A stretch of 32,000 nt of DNA from Candidatus Omnitrophota bacterium (GTDB lineage Bacteria > Omnitrophota > Gorgyraeia > Zapsychrales > JANLHA01), in assembly GCA_963662715.1 (NCBI GenBank), contig OY759724.1, forward strand, positions 2,700,001 to 2,732,000, written 5' to 3'. Made by a program: the position numbers and the translations under genes. This document shows, piece by piece, positions 25,126-32,000 of this stretch. The notes beneath the pieces were generated by a model. That model did no database searches, was not told the origin of the DNA, and saw nothing but the letters and a program-made list of their open reading frames with translations. The first letter of the stretch is position 1. Each line of letters opens with the position of its first letter.

Positions 25126-25845
25126 TTAGGGGGCGAGATGCTGTGCGATCCCTTTTAGCAGAGTTCCCGCTTTTTGCGAAGCTTTCTGGATTTTTATTTT
25201 GTCAAGCACAGACCAGGCGCGATGAGCGTGCTTGACGTTAAGGATGTCCGTTACATAAAGAAGGGCGGCGGCTTTTTTTTGGGTTACGGTTGCTGCCTGA
25301 AAAAGGGCTGCGGTTTCCATATCAAGAATGTTGATTTTGTGGCGTTCGAAATATCCGGAATATTCCGGCTCCAGGGCGAAAGAGGCGAAACTGCAACAGG
25401 CTTCGACGGAGCGGACCTGTCCTTGGGAAAGCCGAAACGTGAGGTCTAACAATTCATTATCCGCCGGAAAGAAAGCCGGCGGGATTGTCTGCCGGGATAA
25501 CGTCTGGGAGAAGGAATCTACGGCATAGCTGCCCCGCGGCGTTGTTAGTTGGCCGATATCCAAATGATCCTGCCCGGCCCCGGTCGCTCCGCAGGCGCCT
25601 AATAAAACCAGATACTGACAGGGGCTGTCTTCCAAATAAAGGACCGCATCCCCCAGGAACGTTGCGCCCATGCGTGTATGAATGAGCGATAAATGCTCGC
25701 TGTTCCCGGAGGCGTATATTGTCCCTTTTCGCAATTTTGGCACCCCCAGGACCTTTAAAAGTTGCTGGTCATAAAACGGCGCCAGGACACAAAATTTTTT
25801 TATGTCTGTATTTTTTTGCCCGAAAAGTTGCTTGAACGATATCAT
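25126..25845 (-). CDS. Nucleoside phosphorylase-family (PNP_UDP_1) protein
   Basis: LDMETAALFQAA and LLGACGA motifs are typical of the MTA/purine nucleoside phosphorylase or futalosine hydrolase superfamily. The track ORF starts at TTG 25896; the first ATG is at 25845. Confidence 0.6.
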   Translation of the reverse strand: MISFKQLFGQKNTDIKKFCVLAPFYDQQLLKVLGVPKLRKGTIYASGNSEHLSLIHTRMGATFLGDAVLYLEDSPCQYLVLLGACGATGAGQDHLDIGQLTTPRGSYAVDSFSQTLSRQTIPPAFFPADNELLDLTFRLSQGQVRSVEACCSFASFALEPEYSGYFERHKINILDMETAALFQAATVTQKKAAALLYVTDILNVKHAHRAWSVLDKIKIQKASQKAGTLLKGIAQHLAP

Positions 25846-25954
25846 ATGCTCCTGGTTCTTCCTGAAGTCCTGCTGACTACCTTTTGCTTTTATCAAAGCA
25901 GTTGTGATAGAATAGCGTCATTATATCATAGTCTTTAAATTATTACCGGGTCTT

Positions 25955-26875
25955 ATGGAATATAAAAGAATACCGCAAATGGATTTTGAAATGTCAGCGC
26001 TGTCCCTGGGAACATGGGTGTACGGGGGGGACGGCTGGGGGGAAACTTCGGACAAGGAGAGCCAGGATGCGATAAGAACAGCCTTGGATATGGGGGTGAA
26101 CACGATTGATACGGCTCCGGTATATGGCCAGGGACGAGCCGAAACCTTAGTCGGAGAAGCGGTCAAGAAACAAAGGCACCGGTGTTTTTTGGCCACAAAA
26201 TGCGGGCTGGTGATGCAGGGGAAAAAAATCGCGCTGAATCTTAAAGGCCCTTCGGTCCGTGCGGAATTGGAGCATTCTTTGCGTCGCCTGCAGACGGATT
26301 ATATTGATCTTTATCAGTGCCATTGGCCTGACCCCCGAACCCCGGTTGAAGAGACGATGCACACCTTAAACGCTTTGAAGCAGGAAGGCAAGATCCGTTA
26401 TATCGGTATTTCTAATTTTCCCCTGCCGCTTTTGCAGGAATCCCTGTCATACGCCGCTGTTATGTCCGTCCAGAATCAATATTCCCTTTTAGACCGAAGG
26501 ATAGAGGAAGGCCTGTTGCCTTTTTGCCGTCAGCAACAACTGGCGGTTTTGACATACGGATCATTAGCCGGAGGGATATTAACCGGAAAATATCAGGTTC
26601 CGCCAGACTTCCAGAAGTCGGATGTCAGAAGGTTTTTCTACCGGTATTATGAGGGGAGGACTTTTGAGAGGATATGCTCCCTTATGAACAGTTATCAGGA
26701 TTTGAAAAGACCCTGGAATGAAATTGCCCTTAACTGGGCGCGGCAACAAAAAGGCGTAACGAGCGTCATTGTGGGCTGCCGTTCTCCACGACAGGTCCGG
26801 GAGAATATAAAAAGTTTGTCCTGGGATTTGTCCGAGGATGAACTGGCGCGCCTGAATTCAACGGAATTTTTATGA
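25955..26875 (+). CDS. Aldo/keto reductase
   Basis: The catalytic tetrad contexts are IDTAPVYG (Asp, Tyr), LATKCG (Lys) and YQCHWPD (His). The N-terminus SLGTWVYGG is typical. Confidence 0.9.
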   Translation: MEYKRIPQMDFEMSALSLGTWVYGGDGWGETSDKESQDAIRTALDMGVNTIDTAPVYGQGRAETLVGEAVKKQRHRCFLATKCGLVMQGKKIALNLKGPSVRAELEHSLRRLQTDYIDLYQCHWPDPRTPVEETMHTLNALKQEGKIRYIGISNFPLPLLQESLSYAAVMSVQNQYSLLDRRIEEGLLPFCRQQQLAVLTYGSLAGGILTGKYQVPPDFQKSDVRRFFYRYYEGRTFERICSLMNSYQDLKRPWNEIALNWARQQKGVTSVIVGCRSPRQVRENIKSLSWDLSEDELARLNSTEFL

Positions 26876-28233
26876 GTGTGAATATCCGACAAGTGGAGGT
26901 TTTTGCTGAACAAACCTTTCCTGATTTCGGAGTTAATAAGAGACGGGAGATTATAAGGCTTTTATATGAGATTGCCAAAAGGGAAGGATGTGCCGTGGAG
27001 ACGATCCTACACGAGGACCTCCGGAGGACAAGGTCTTTCCGTGCGGTAAAGTCCTATCTTCTGAAACGCCGCTACCCCGGAACCACGCCGGGTGAGAGGG
27101 GGGGGCATCATCGCTTTTTAAAGGTCACGGCGCCTTGTGCCGCAGCTCTCCCGGAGAGTGACGTCAGGGATTTGTCTCCCGAAATAATATCTGTTGAGGA
27201 AGAGTTGCTTGATCATCCGTTTGTCATGCGGATGCGGCAGACTTTTCGGGATGCTGAATTCCGGGGCATGGCTTCATACAGGGATGAGATAAGGAGGCGT
27301 GCTGTTTTCGGGGAACAGGATTACAATGAGCGGAACAGCCATTTTTTTATTGTAAAAGAACGATTTCAATTCTGGCTCGATTGCCCTTGTTCCGCAAAAT
27401 CCGTTCCTTGCGGATACACGATCCTCAACCTCGGACAGGGCTGTCCCTTTAACTGTTCCTACTGTTTTCTGCAGGGCTATGTGAATTCTCCGGGACTGGT
27501 TTTCCCCGTCAATACGGATGATTTCTTTAAGGCCTTGGAAGAGCACGGGGGGCCCTGGCGTATCGGGACAGGACAGTTTACGGACTCACTGGCGCTGGAT
27601 CATCTGACGCGGTATTCGTTGGGCATCATAGATTTTATGCGTAAGCGCCCGGATTGGGTCTTTGAATTTAAAACGAAAAGTGATAATATAGATCGGCTGT
27701 TGACTGTCGAAGCCCCGGCCAATGTGTTTGTCGGCTGGTCGTTAAATCCGGAAGAGTTTGTCCGGGAAAATGAAAAGGGGACGGTGTCCCTGGCCAGGAG
27801 GATAAAAGCCGCGCGTGCCTGCGCCCGGCAGGGATATAAGCTGACCTTTCATTTTGATCCCATTGTTTTTTTTCGGGGATGGGAGGAGGAGTATAAGAGG
27901 GTGATCGATTTGCTTTTTGACAAGATTGCTCCTGACCGGATAGCCTGGATCAGTTTGGGGTGTCTGCGTATGACCCCGAGGTTAAAACAGGCTGTCGAGA
28001 CCCGTTTCCCTGATTCTTCGATATTGGACGGTATTCTTGTCCCGGGCTTTGACGGGAAATTAAGGTATCCCCGTTCCCGGAGGATGGAGATTTATAGGTT
28101 GATGTTGCATTGGATTCGCGAAAAGGCGGAAAGGGTCCCGGTTTATTTATGTATGGAAGAGCCGGATTTGTGGATGATCCCCGGCCTGGAGAAGAATTTA
28201 AACAAATATATTTTGAGTCAGGATTATGAATAA
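26872..28233 (+). CDS. Spore-photoproduct-lyase-like radical SAM protein
   Basis: CX3CX2C cluster motif CPFNCSYC within LNLGQGCPFNCSYCFLQGY. The overall length and the N-terminal extension are as in SplB-family proteins of non-sporeformers. Its ATG overlaps the AKR stop codon (ATGA). Confidence 0.7.
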   Translation: MSVNIRQVEVFAEQTFPDFGVNKRREIIRLLYEIAKREGCAVETILHEDLRRTRSFRAVKSYLLKRRYPGTTPGERGGHHRFLKVTAPCAAALPESDVRDLSPEIISVEEELLDHPFVMRMRQTFRDAEFRGMASYRDEIRRRAVFGEQDYNERNSHFFIVKERFQFWLDCPCSAKSVPCGYTILNLGQGCPFNCSYCFLQGYVNSPGLVFPVNTDDFFKALEEHGGPWRIGTGQFTDSLALDHLTRYSLGIIDFMRKRPDWVFEFKTKSDNIDRLLTVEAPANVFVGWSLNPEEFVRENEKGTVSLARRIKAARACARQGYKLTFHFDPIVFFRGWEEEYKRVIDLLFDKIAPDRIAWISLGCLRMTPRLKQAVETRFPDSSILDGILVPGFDGKLRYPRSRRMEIYRLMLHWIREKAERVPVYLCMEEPDLWMIPGLEKNLNKYILSQDYE

Positions 28234-29116
28234 TAAGCCGAAAATGTGTGTTGAATGTCTTGAATTGGTTGAAGTCGGGCGGGCTGTTGGTGATCTTGCC
28301 AGGGCGCTTCTGCAGGAAATTAATAATAAAAATATCAAGTTATTTGATCTCCCGGCGCATAAGAGAATTTTTTTGTTTATTTTGACCCGGGCTATTAAGA
28401 CTTTTACTGCCATTGAAGTTTTATGTCTTCAGGGATTCGGGCAGGATGTCGCCGCCCTTATCCGGAGTCTGCTGGAAAATTTGATCACGGCCCAGTATAT
28501 TATTTTTGACGAAAAGACAGCGGATCATATGGCGAAGCGATTTGTCGAATATAAATGGGTGATATTCAAGCGTTCCCTGGCGGAGGAGGAACGGGGGTTG
28601 CGTCGTTCTGCTGACGAGGAGAAGGTAGAGTTTAACGAGAAGAAGGAATTGATTCTTAAGCATGTGGAAGAGTTTAAAAAGAGATATGACATCAAATCCG
28701 ACCGGGCTTTGATAACTTGGTCAGGTAAAACCGTCAAGGACATGGCTCGGCAGGTCAGTAAAGAATTGTACGACGAGTATGAGTCAACCTTCAGGAGATG
28801 CTCTAGATTTTCTCACCCCACAATATTAGGCGATAAAGAATACATCGTGCAGGATCAAAGATCCTTGACGTTTTCTCCCAGGCCGTCTGCTGTCGGCGTG
28901 GACATGAACTATCAGGCAGGCATCCGTTATTTTATGGCTTATCTTGATTTGGTGAATAATTTATTTAAATTGCAGTTCGCTGAAGACCTCAGCGCCCTCC
29001 GGAAGAAATTCCAGGATGTTCAGGATCTGCTGAACAAAAAAAACTCCGCGGTATCTCCCCGAGAAGAATCCCGCGCGACGAATATTCGAGAAGTAAATAT
29101 ATATTTTGATTATTAA
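28226..29116 (+). CDS. Helical protein of unknown function (possibly DUF5677-like)
   Basis: 296-aa ORF that overlaps the radical SAM gene by 8 nt. It is predicted to be all-helical. An N-terminal CVEC is present and no catalytic motif was recognised. Confidence 0.5.
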   Translation: MNNKPKMCVECLELVEVGRAVGDLARALLQEINNKNIKLFDLPAHKRIFLFILTRAIKTFTAIEVLCLQGFGQDVAALIRSLLENLITAQYIIFDEKTADHMAKRFVEYKWVIFKRSLAEEERGLRRSADEEKVEFNEKKELILKHVEEFKKRYDIKSDRALITWSGKTVKDMARQVSKELYDEYESTFRRCSRFSHPTILGDKEYIVQDQRSLTFSPRPSAVGVDMNYQAGIRYFMAYLDLVNNLFKLQFAEDLSALRKKFQDVQDLLNKKNSAVSPREESRATNIREVNIYFDY

Positions 29117-29263
29117 AGATGACTCTTTAATGATTGTCATAGTGTTTCCGGGTTTGTCCTTGTCCAAGGTTGTCCGGCTCTGTCATGTTGACAATTTTAT
29201 CAAAATGCATTAAAAAGTGTGAGGCTAAAACTTCAAAACCGTAACAATGCAGAAGGGATAAGC

Positions 29264-30118
29264 ATGAATTTCAATACGTTACTGGGGTACTTTGAAGAAG
29301 CGCAAGGATTCAAACATATTCAAGAGGTTATTTGTATCCTGTGCGGAGCCTCTTTGGAAATCCGATCTTTGGACGGCCGGATTTTTAAATGCAACTTTTC
29401 CCCCTCTCTGAGTAAAAAATCCTATGAAAGCAAAGCAGATTTTCATGTCGATTGCCAGCACCGCTCGGAAGCGTGCAAGTGTCTTGTTTCAAATATAATA
29501 GAGAAGGCAACGATTTCCGGCCAGACCCAGATCAATAAATGTCAGGCCGGCCTCACGCAGATATTATTGCCCATTCATATCAGAAAGGAAATCGTCGGTT
29601 ATCTCATCGTCCTTGAAAATCAGTTCTTCCGACTCAGCTATGTGCAGATCAAAGCGATTATTAATCTGCTGGAGAATTTTATCAAGGATATTCAGGCTGA
29701 GCTCGACCTGTTCCCGAATTTAAAGAAAGACAACCTGAGTTATCAGCAAATGATCGTTCACAAGGTTGTGCAGTATATTAGCGAACATTATCATCAGCCG
29801 GAACTTACTCTTAAACAGGTTTCGGAGGCCAACGGCATCAGTTATCATTATTTAAGCCGTTTAATCAAAAAGGTCCTGAAAACGACCTTTTCTCAGTATT
29901 TGAATCAAACGAGGCTGGAAGTCGCTTCGCGTCTTCTGCAGAACCGCAGTTTGTCGGTCAGTGAGATCGCCTATACCTGCGGTTACGAAGATCCGGGATA
30001 TTTTTGCAAGCTATTCAAAAGAATGTACGGGAAATCCCCCGGGATATTCCGGCTGAATCCTCCCAATAGAATCTCTTCTCCCAAGGTAAAACAGAGACTG
30101 TTTCCGGCCAGATCCTGA
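29264..30118 (+). CDS. AraC-family transcriptional regulator with Cys-rich PocR-like sensor domain
   Basis: C-terminal double HTH (LTLKQVSEANGISYHYLSRLIKK...SVSEIAYTCGYEDPGYFCKLFKRMYGKSPGIFR). The N-terminal segment KCQAGLTQILLPIHIRKEIVGYLIV resembles PocR. The track start is GTG 29219; the ATG is at 29264. Confidence 0.8.
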   Translation: MNFNTLLGYFEEAQGFKHIQEVICILCGASLEIRSLDGRIFKCNFSPSLSKKSYESKADFHVDCQHRSEACKCLVSNIIEKATISGQTQINKCQAGLTQILLPIHIRKEIVGYLIVLENQFFRLSYVQIKAIINLLENFIKDIQAELDLFPNLKKDNLSYQQMIVHKVVQYISEHYHQPELTLKQVSEANGISYHYLSRLIKKVLKTTFSQYLNQTRLEVASRLLQNRSLSVSEIAYTCGYEDPGYFCKLFKRMYGKSPGIFRLNPPNRISSPKVKQRLFPARS

Positions 30119-30349
30119 TCAATTGCTTTTCCTGCAGGGTTTTTTCCTTACTTTAGACCTGTTTTCCTTCACTAAGATTATGAATAATGGCGTTTATTCG
30201 AGAGAAATGAGTCAATAGCAAATATTTCCCATAAATGAGCAAATGCGTCCATTGAATAAATTTTAAAAGATGATATCCTTTTTTGGGTTATTAAATAGGA
30301 CTTCAGACAATATGAAAAATTCCAAAAGCACATATAAACCAAACGCTGG

Positions 30350-30398
30350 CCCGGACGTCACATGCTCCGTCGTGATGCCGGGTTTTTATTTTGTTTTT
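30350..30398 (+). terminator. Intrinsic terminator-like hairpin in the AraC / acidic-protein intergenic region
   Basis: 11-bp stem (cccgg[a]cgtcac / gtgatgccggg, with one bulge and one G-U pair) and a 10-nt loop, followed by tttttattttgttttt. Confidence 0.6.
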
Positions 30399-30542
30399 AA
30401 AGCTGAAAGGAGGTGAGTTAAAACCGCTGTATTTTTTTAGGAGAAATTTTTAACGATTAATTAAGAAGTAAATTGAAGGAAAAAGGGTTAATGAAGGACA
30501 GCATCGAGTTCTTCGCCCTCTATTGTCAAAGTGAGGAATGAA

Positions 30543-32000
30543 ATGAAAAAATTATTAATTTGGATTTTAGCAATAGCTTTTGCAGCATATCCGGTGGCCG
30601 GTTATGCCGAAAGCATCGCTCTTTCTGATTCAGAAATGGATGAGATTGCAGCGGGTGAATGGGTGGTTCTTGCTGAAGGCGAAACTGTTGAAGATGTTTT
30701 TTTCAGCCAGAACGAACTCCAGTCCACTGACGGTTCCCTGAATGAAGTGTCAGGTTTGAGCGTTGTAAACAGTGTTGACAGTGCGGTTGCCGTGCAGGCT
30801 AACGTCGGCAATTCCGAAGATTTGGCGGAAGTTGAAGCCAATCAGGCCAACGAAGCCAACGTGCTCAACATGAATCCTTCGGTTGACAACTCAACTTCGA
30901 ACACGGTCACCAACATCACTGAGCAGGATCAAGTGAATGCCTGGTCCAAAGAGACATCGACAACGGTCACTTTCTCTCATGAAGATGAAAACAATACCCA
31001 GATTTACGACAATGAGCAGTCATCTTCAGCCAACAGCTCTTCCGAATCCACATCAGCGACTTTAGATGCATCCGCTTCCGGATCTGCCTCATCTCAGGAA
31101 GAGCAGTCTGGTTCAACAACAGACTCAACTCTAAACGAAAATCATACAGCCAACACAGATAACACGGCTTTCCAGTATGACTATTCGGATGACACAACTT
31201 TTGATCTGGATGCTCAAGAGCAAGATTCATCTGCTTCTACGGCTGACACTCAAGAAGAAGAGTCCACATCGGCCAGTTTAGATGTGCAGGCCGATTATTC
31301 TGACAGTGCTGCTGAACAGTCAGAAGAGTCCACATCAGCGAGTTTAGATACACAAGCTGATTATGCTAACAGTTCTGCTGAACAATCAGAAGAGTCCACA
31401 TCAGCCGGTTTAGACGTGCAGGCCGATTATTCTGACAGTGCTGCTGAACAATCAGAAGAATCCACATCAGCTAGCTTGGATACTCAATCCGAATATTCTG
31501 ACAGTTCTGCTTTTGACGCCAACGCCAGTCAATCAGCGCAGGCTGAAAGCAGCTCCCAATCAGAAGACAGCACATCAGCAACTTTGGATGCCAACCTGTC
31601 CGCTTCCGAAAGTGCATCAGAGCAGGCTGCAGCCGAAGACGCGACATCAGCTTCCTTGAACGCTGATGCGCAGTATTCTGACAGCGCAACAACGGATTCC
31701 ACAACTGATTTTTCAGCGACTGAAGGAGAAACAACAGCAAGTTCACAAAGTGTTGACGGAACTTATAATCAGACCACAGACACTTGCGCAGATTGTGACA
31801 CCTCCACAACGACTTTTGAGGGAACAGCTGCCACAAGTGACTATTCTGACAGCAAAGATTACACCGCGGGCACAACAGCCGGTACAACGGAAAACACAGA
31901 TGCTTCTGGTTCGCTTGCCGGGACATATGATGCTTCTTCGGCAGAGTCCAGTTCAGCAGAGTCCAGCAGTGAAGCCTCAGGTGGGTTAAATGCCACTTAT
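30543..32000 (+). CDS. Secreted, hyper-acidic Ser/Thr/Asp/Glu-rich tandem-repeat protein (5-prime partial; runs off the window)
   Basis: It is not in the supplied track because no stop codon falls inside the window. By hand translation, ATG at 30543 (GAGGA 5 nt upstream) opens a frame with no stop for 486 codons, ending exactly at base 32000. The signal peptide is MKKLLIWILAIAFAAYPVAGYA|ES. The motif E-x-[SA]-T-S-A-x-L-[DN] recurs seven times. Confidence 0.8.
   Translation, partial: MKKLLIWILAIAFAAYPVAGYAESIALSDSEMDEIAAGEWVVLAEGETVEDVFFSQNELQSTDGSLNEVSGLSVVNSVDSAVAVQANVGNSEDLAEVEANQANEANVLNMNPSVDNSTSNTVTNITEQDQVNAWSKETSTTVTFSHEDENNTQIYDNEQSSSANSSSESTSATLDASASGSASSQEEQSGSTTDSTLNENHTANTDNTAFQYDYSDDTTFDLDAQEQDSSASTADTQEEESTSASLDVQADYSDSAAEQSEESTSASLDTQADYANSSAEQSEESTSAGLDVQADYSDSAAEQSEESTSASLDTQSEYSDSSAFDANASQSAQAESSSQSEDSTSATLDANLSASESASEQAAAEDATSASLNADAQYSDSATTDSTTDFSATEGETTASSQSVDGTYNQTTDTCADCDTSTTTFEGTAATSDYSDSKDYTAGTTAGTTENTDASGSLAGTYDASSAESSSAESSSEASGGLNATY
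31257..31520 (+). repeat. Four tandem 66-nt (22-codon) coding repeats with A-B-A-B higher-order structure
   Basis: Units lie at 31257, 31323, 31389 and 31455. Units 1 and 3 differ at 4 of 66 nt. Units 2 and 4 share the LDTQ variant. Degenerate copies extend on both sides (about 31040-31700). Confidence 0.9.

Noticed and set aside
30205-30243. Direct repeat AAATGAG(T)CAA spaced 28 nt apart downstream of the AraC gene
   Set aside because: The repeat is short and AT-rich. The spacing is not an integral number of helical turns, as would be expected for AraC-type half sites. It could easily arise by chance.
30346-30364. TGGC...TGC resembling a sigma-54 -24/-12 promoter
   Set aside because: The GG-to-GC spacing is about four nucleotides too long for the TGGCAC-N5-TTGC geometry. 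The bases are better explained as the 5-prime arm of the terminator hairpin.
30312-30416. 34-codon ORF (MKNSKSTYKPNAGPDVTCSVVMPGFYFVFKAERR)
   Set aside because: It has only a weak RBS, and it reads straight through the terminator stem and U-tract. It is more likely a by-product of that RNA structure.
30602-31989. Five track ORFs (30602..30841 -, 30967..31230 -, 31438..31659 +, 31471..31926 -, 31666..31989 +)
   Set aside because: All lie inside the 486-codon open frame starting at 30543. They are alternative or antisense readings of low-complexity repeat DNA, and they lack signal peptides and RBSs.
1-32000. Search for CRISPR arrays, IS elements or inverted terminal repeats, integrases, tRNA or rRNA genes, and toxin-antitoxin or restriction-type defence genes
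   Set aside because: Reading both strands, I saw no repeat-spacer periodicity, transposase or recombinase motifs, cloverleaf-like sequences, or recognisable defence enzyme motifs. The window looks like core chromosome plus an envelope and surface locus rather than a mobile island.

Overview
Gene-dense bacterial chromosomal window with almost all genes on the + strand; only two minus-strand CDS are convincing. I saw no rRNA, tRNA, CRISPR array, transposase or integrase. The left third (1-9.9 kb) holds signalling and housekeeping genes: a CheC/CheX-like phosphatase, CheY, a CBS protein, an alternative-oxidase-like di-iron protein, several orphan receiver proteins, a BamD/YbgF-like TPR protein with an AsmA-like protein, a YkgJ Cys-cluster protein, a CoA-binding protein, a MazG-like protein, a cold-shock protein and a quinone oxidoreductase. 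The middle (10-23.2 kb) is an envelope and surface block. It contains a TPR protein, a receiver-histidine kinase hybrid with a stand-alone regulator, secreted proteins, a long coiled-coil protein and a Deg/HtrA-type protease. It ends with a four-gene operon (17377-23215) that looks like a non-canonical chaperone/usher-type fibre assembly system. That operon encodes a three-module Ig-like secreted protein, a small subunit-like protein, a PapD-like chaperone candidate, and a 911-aa outer-membrane protein combining TPR, a CpaC-type pilus N-domain, a beta-barrel and two SdrD-B-like domains. Converging on that operon, on the minus strand, is a well-formed c-di-GMP-I (GEMM-I) riboswitch with a terminator expression platform, placed upstream of a small secreted protein gene. 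The right part carries a DUF368 membrane protein, a nucleoside-phosphorylase-family gene, a translationally coupled trio (aldo-keto reductase, spore-photoproduct-lyase-like radical SAM protein, unknown protein) and a PocR/AraC regulator. It ends with a large open frame (30543 to the window edge) that is absent from the supplied ORF track. This frame encodes a secreted, extremely acidic Ser/Thr/Asp/Glu-rich protein with near-perfect 66-nt tandem repeats. All family calls come from motif recognition by eye; no database searches were run.
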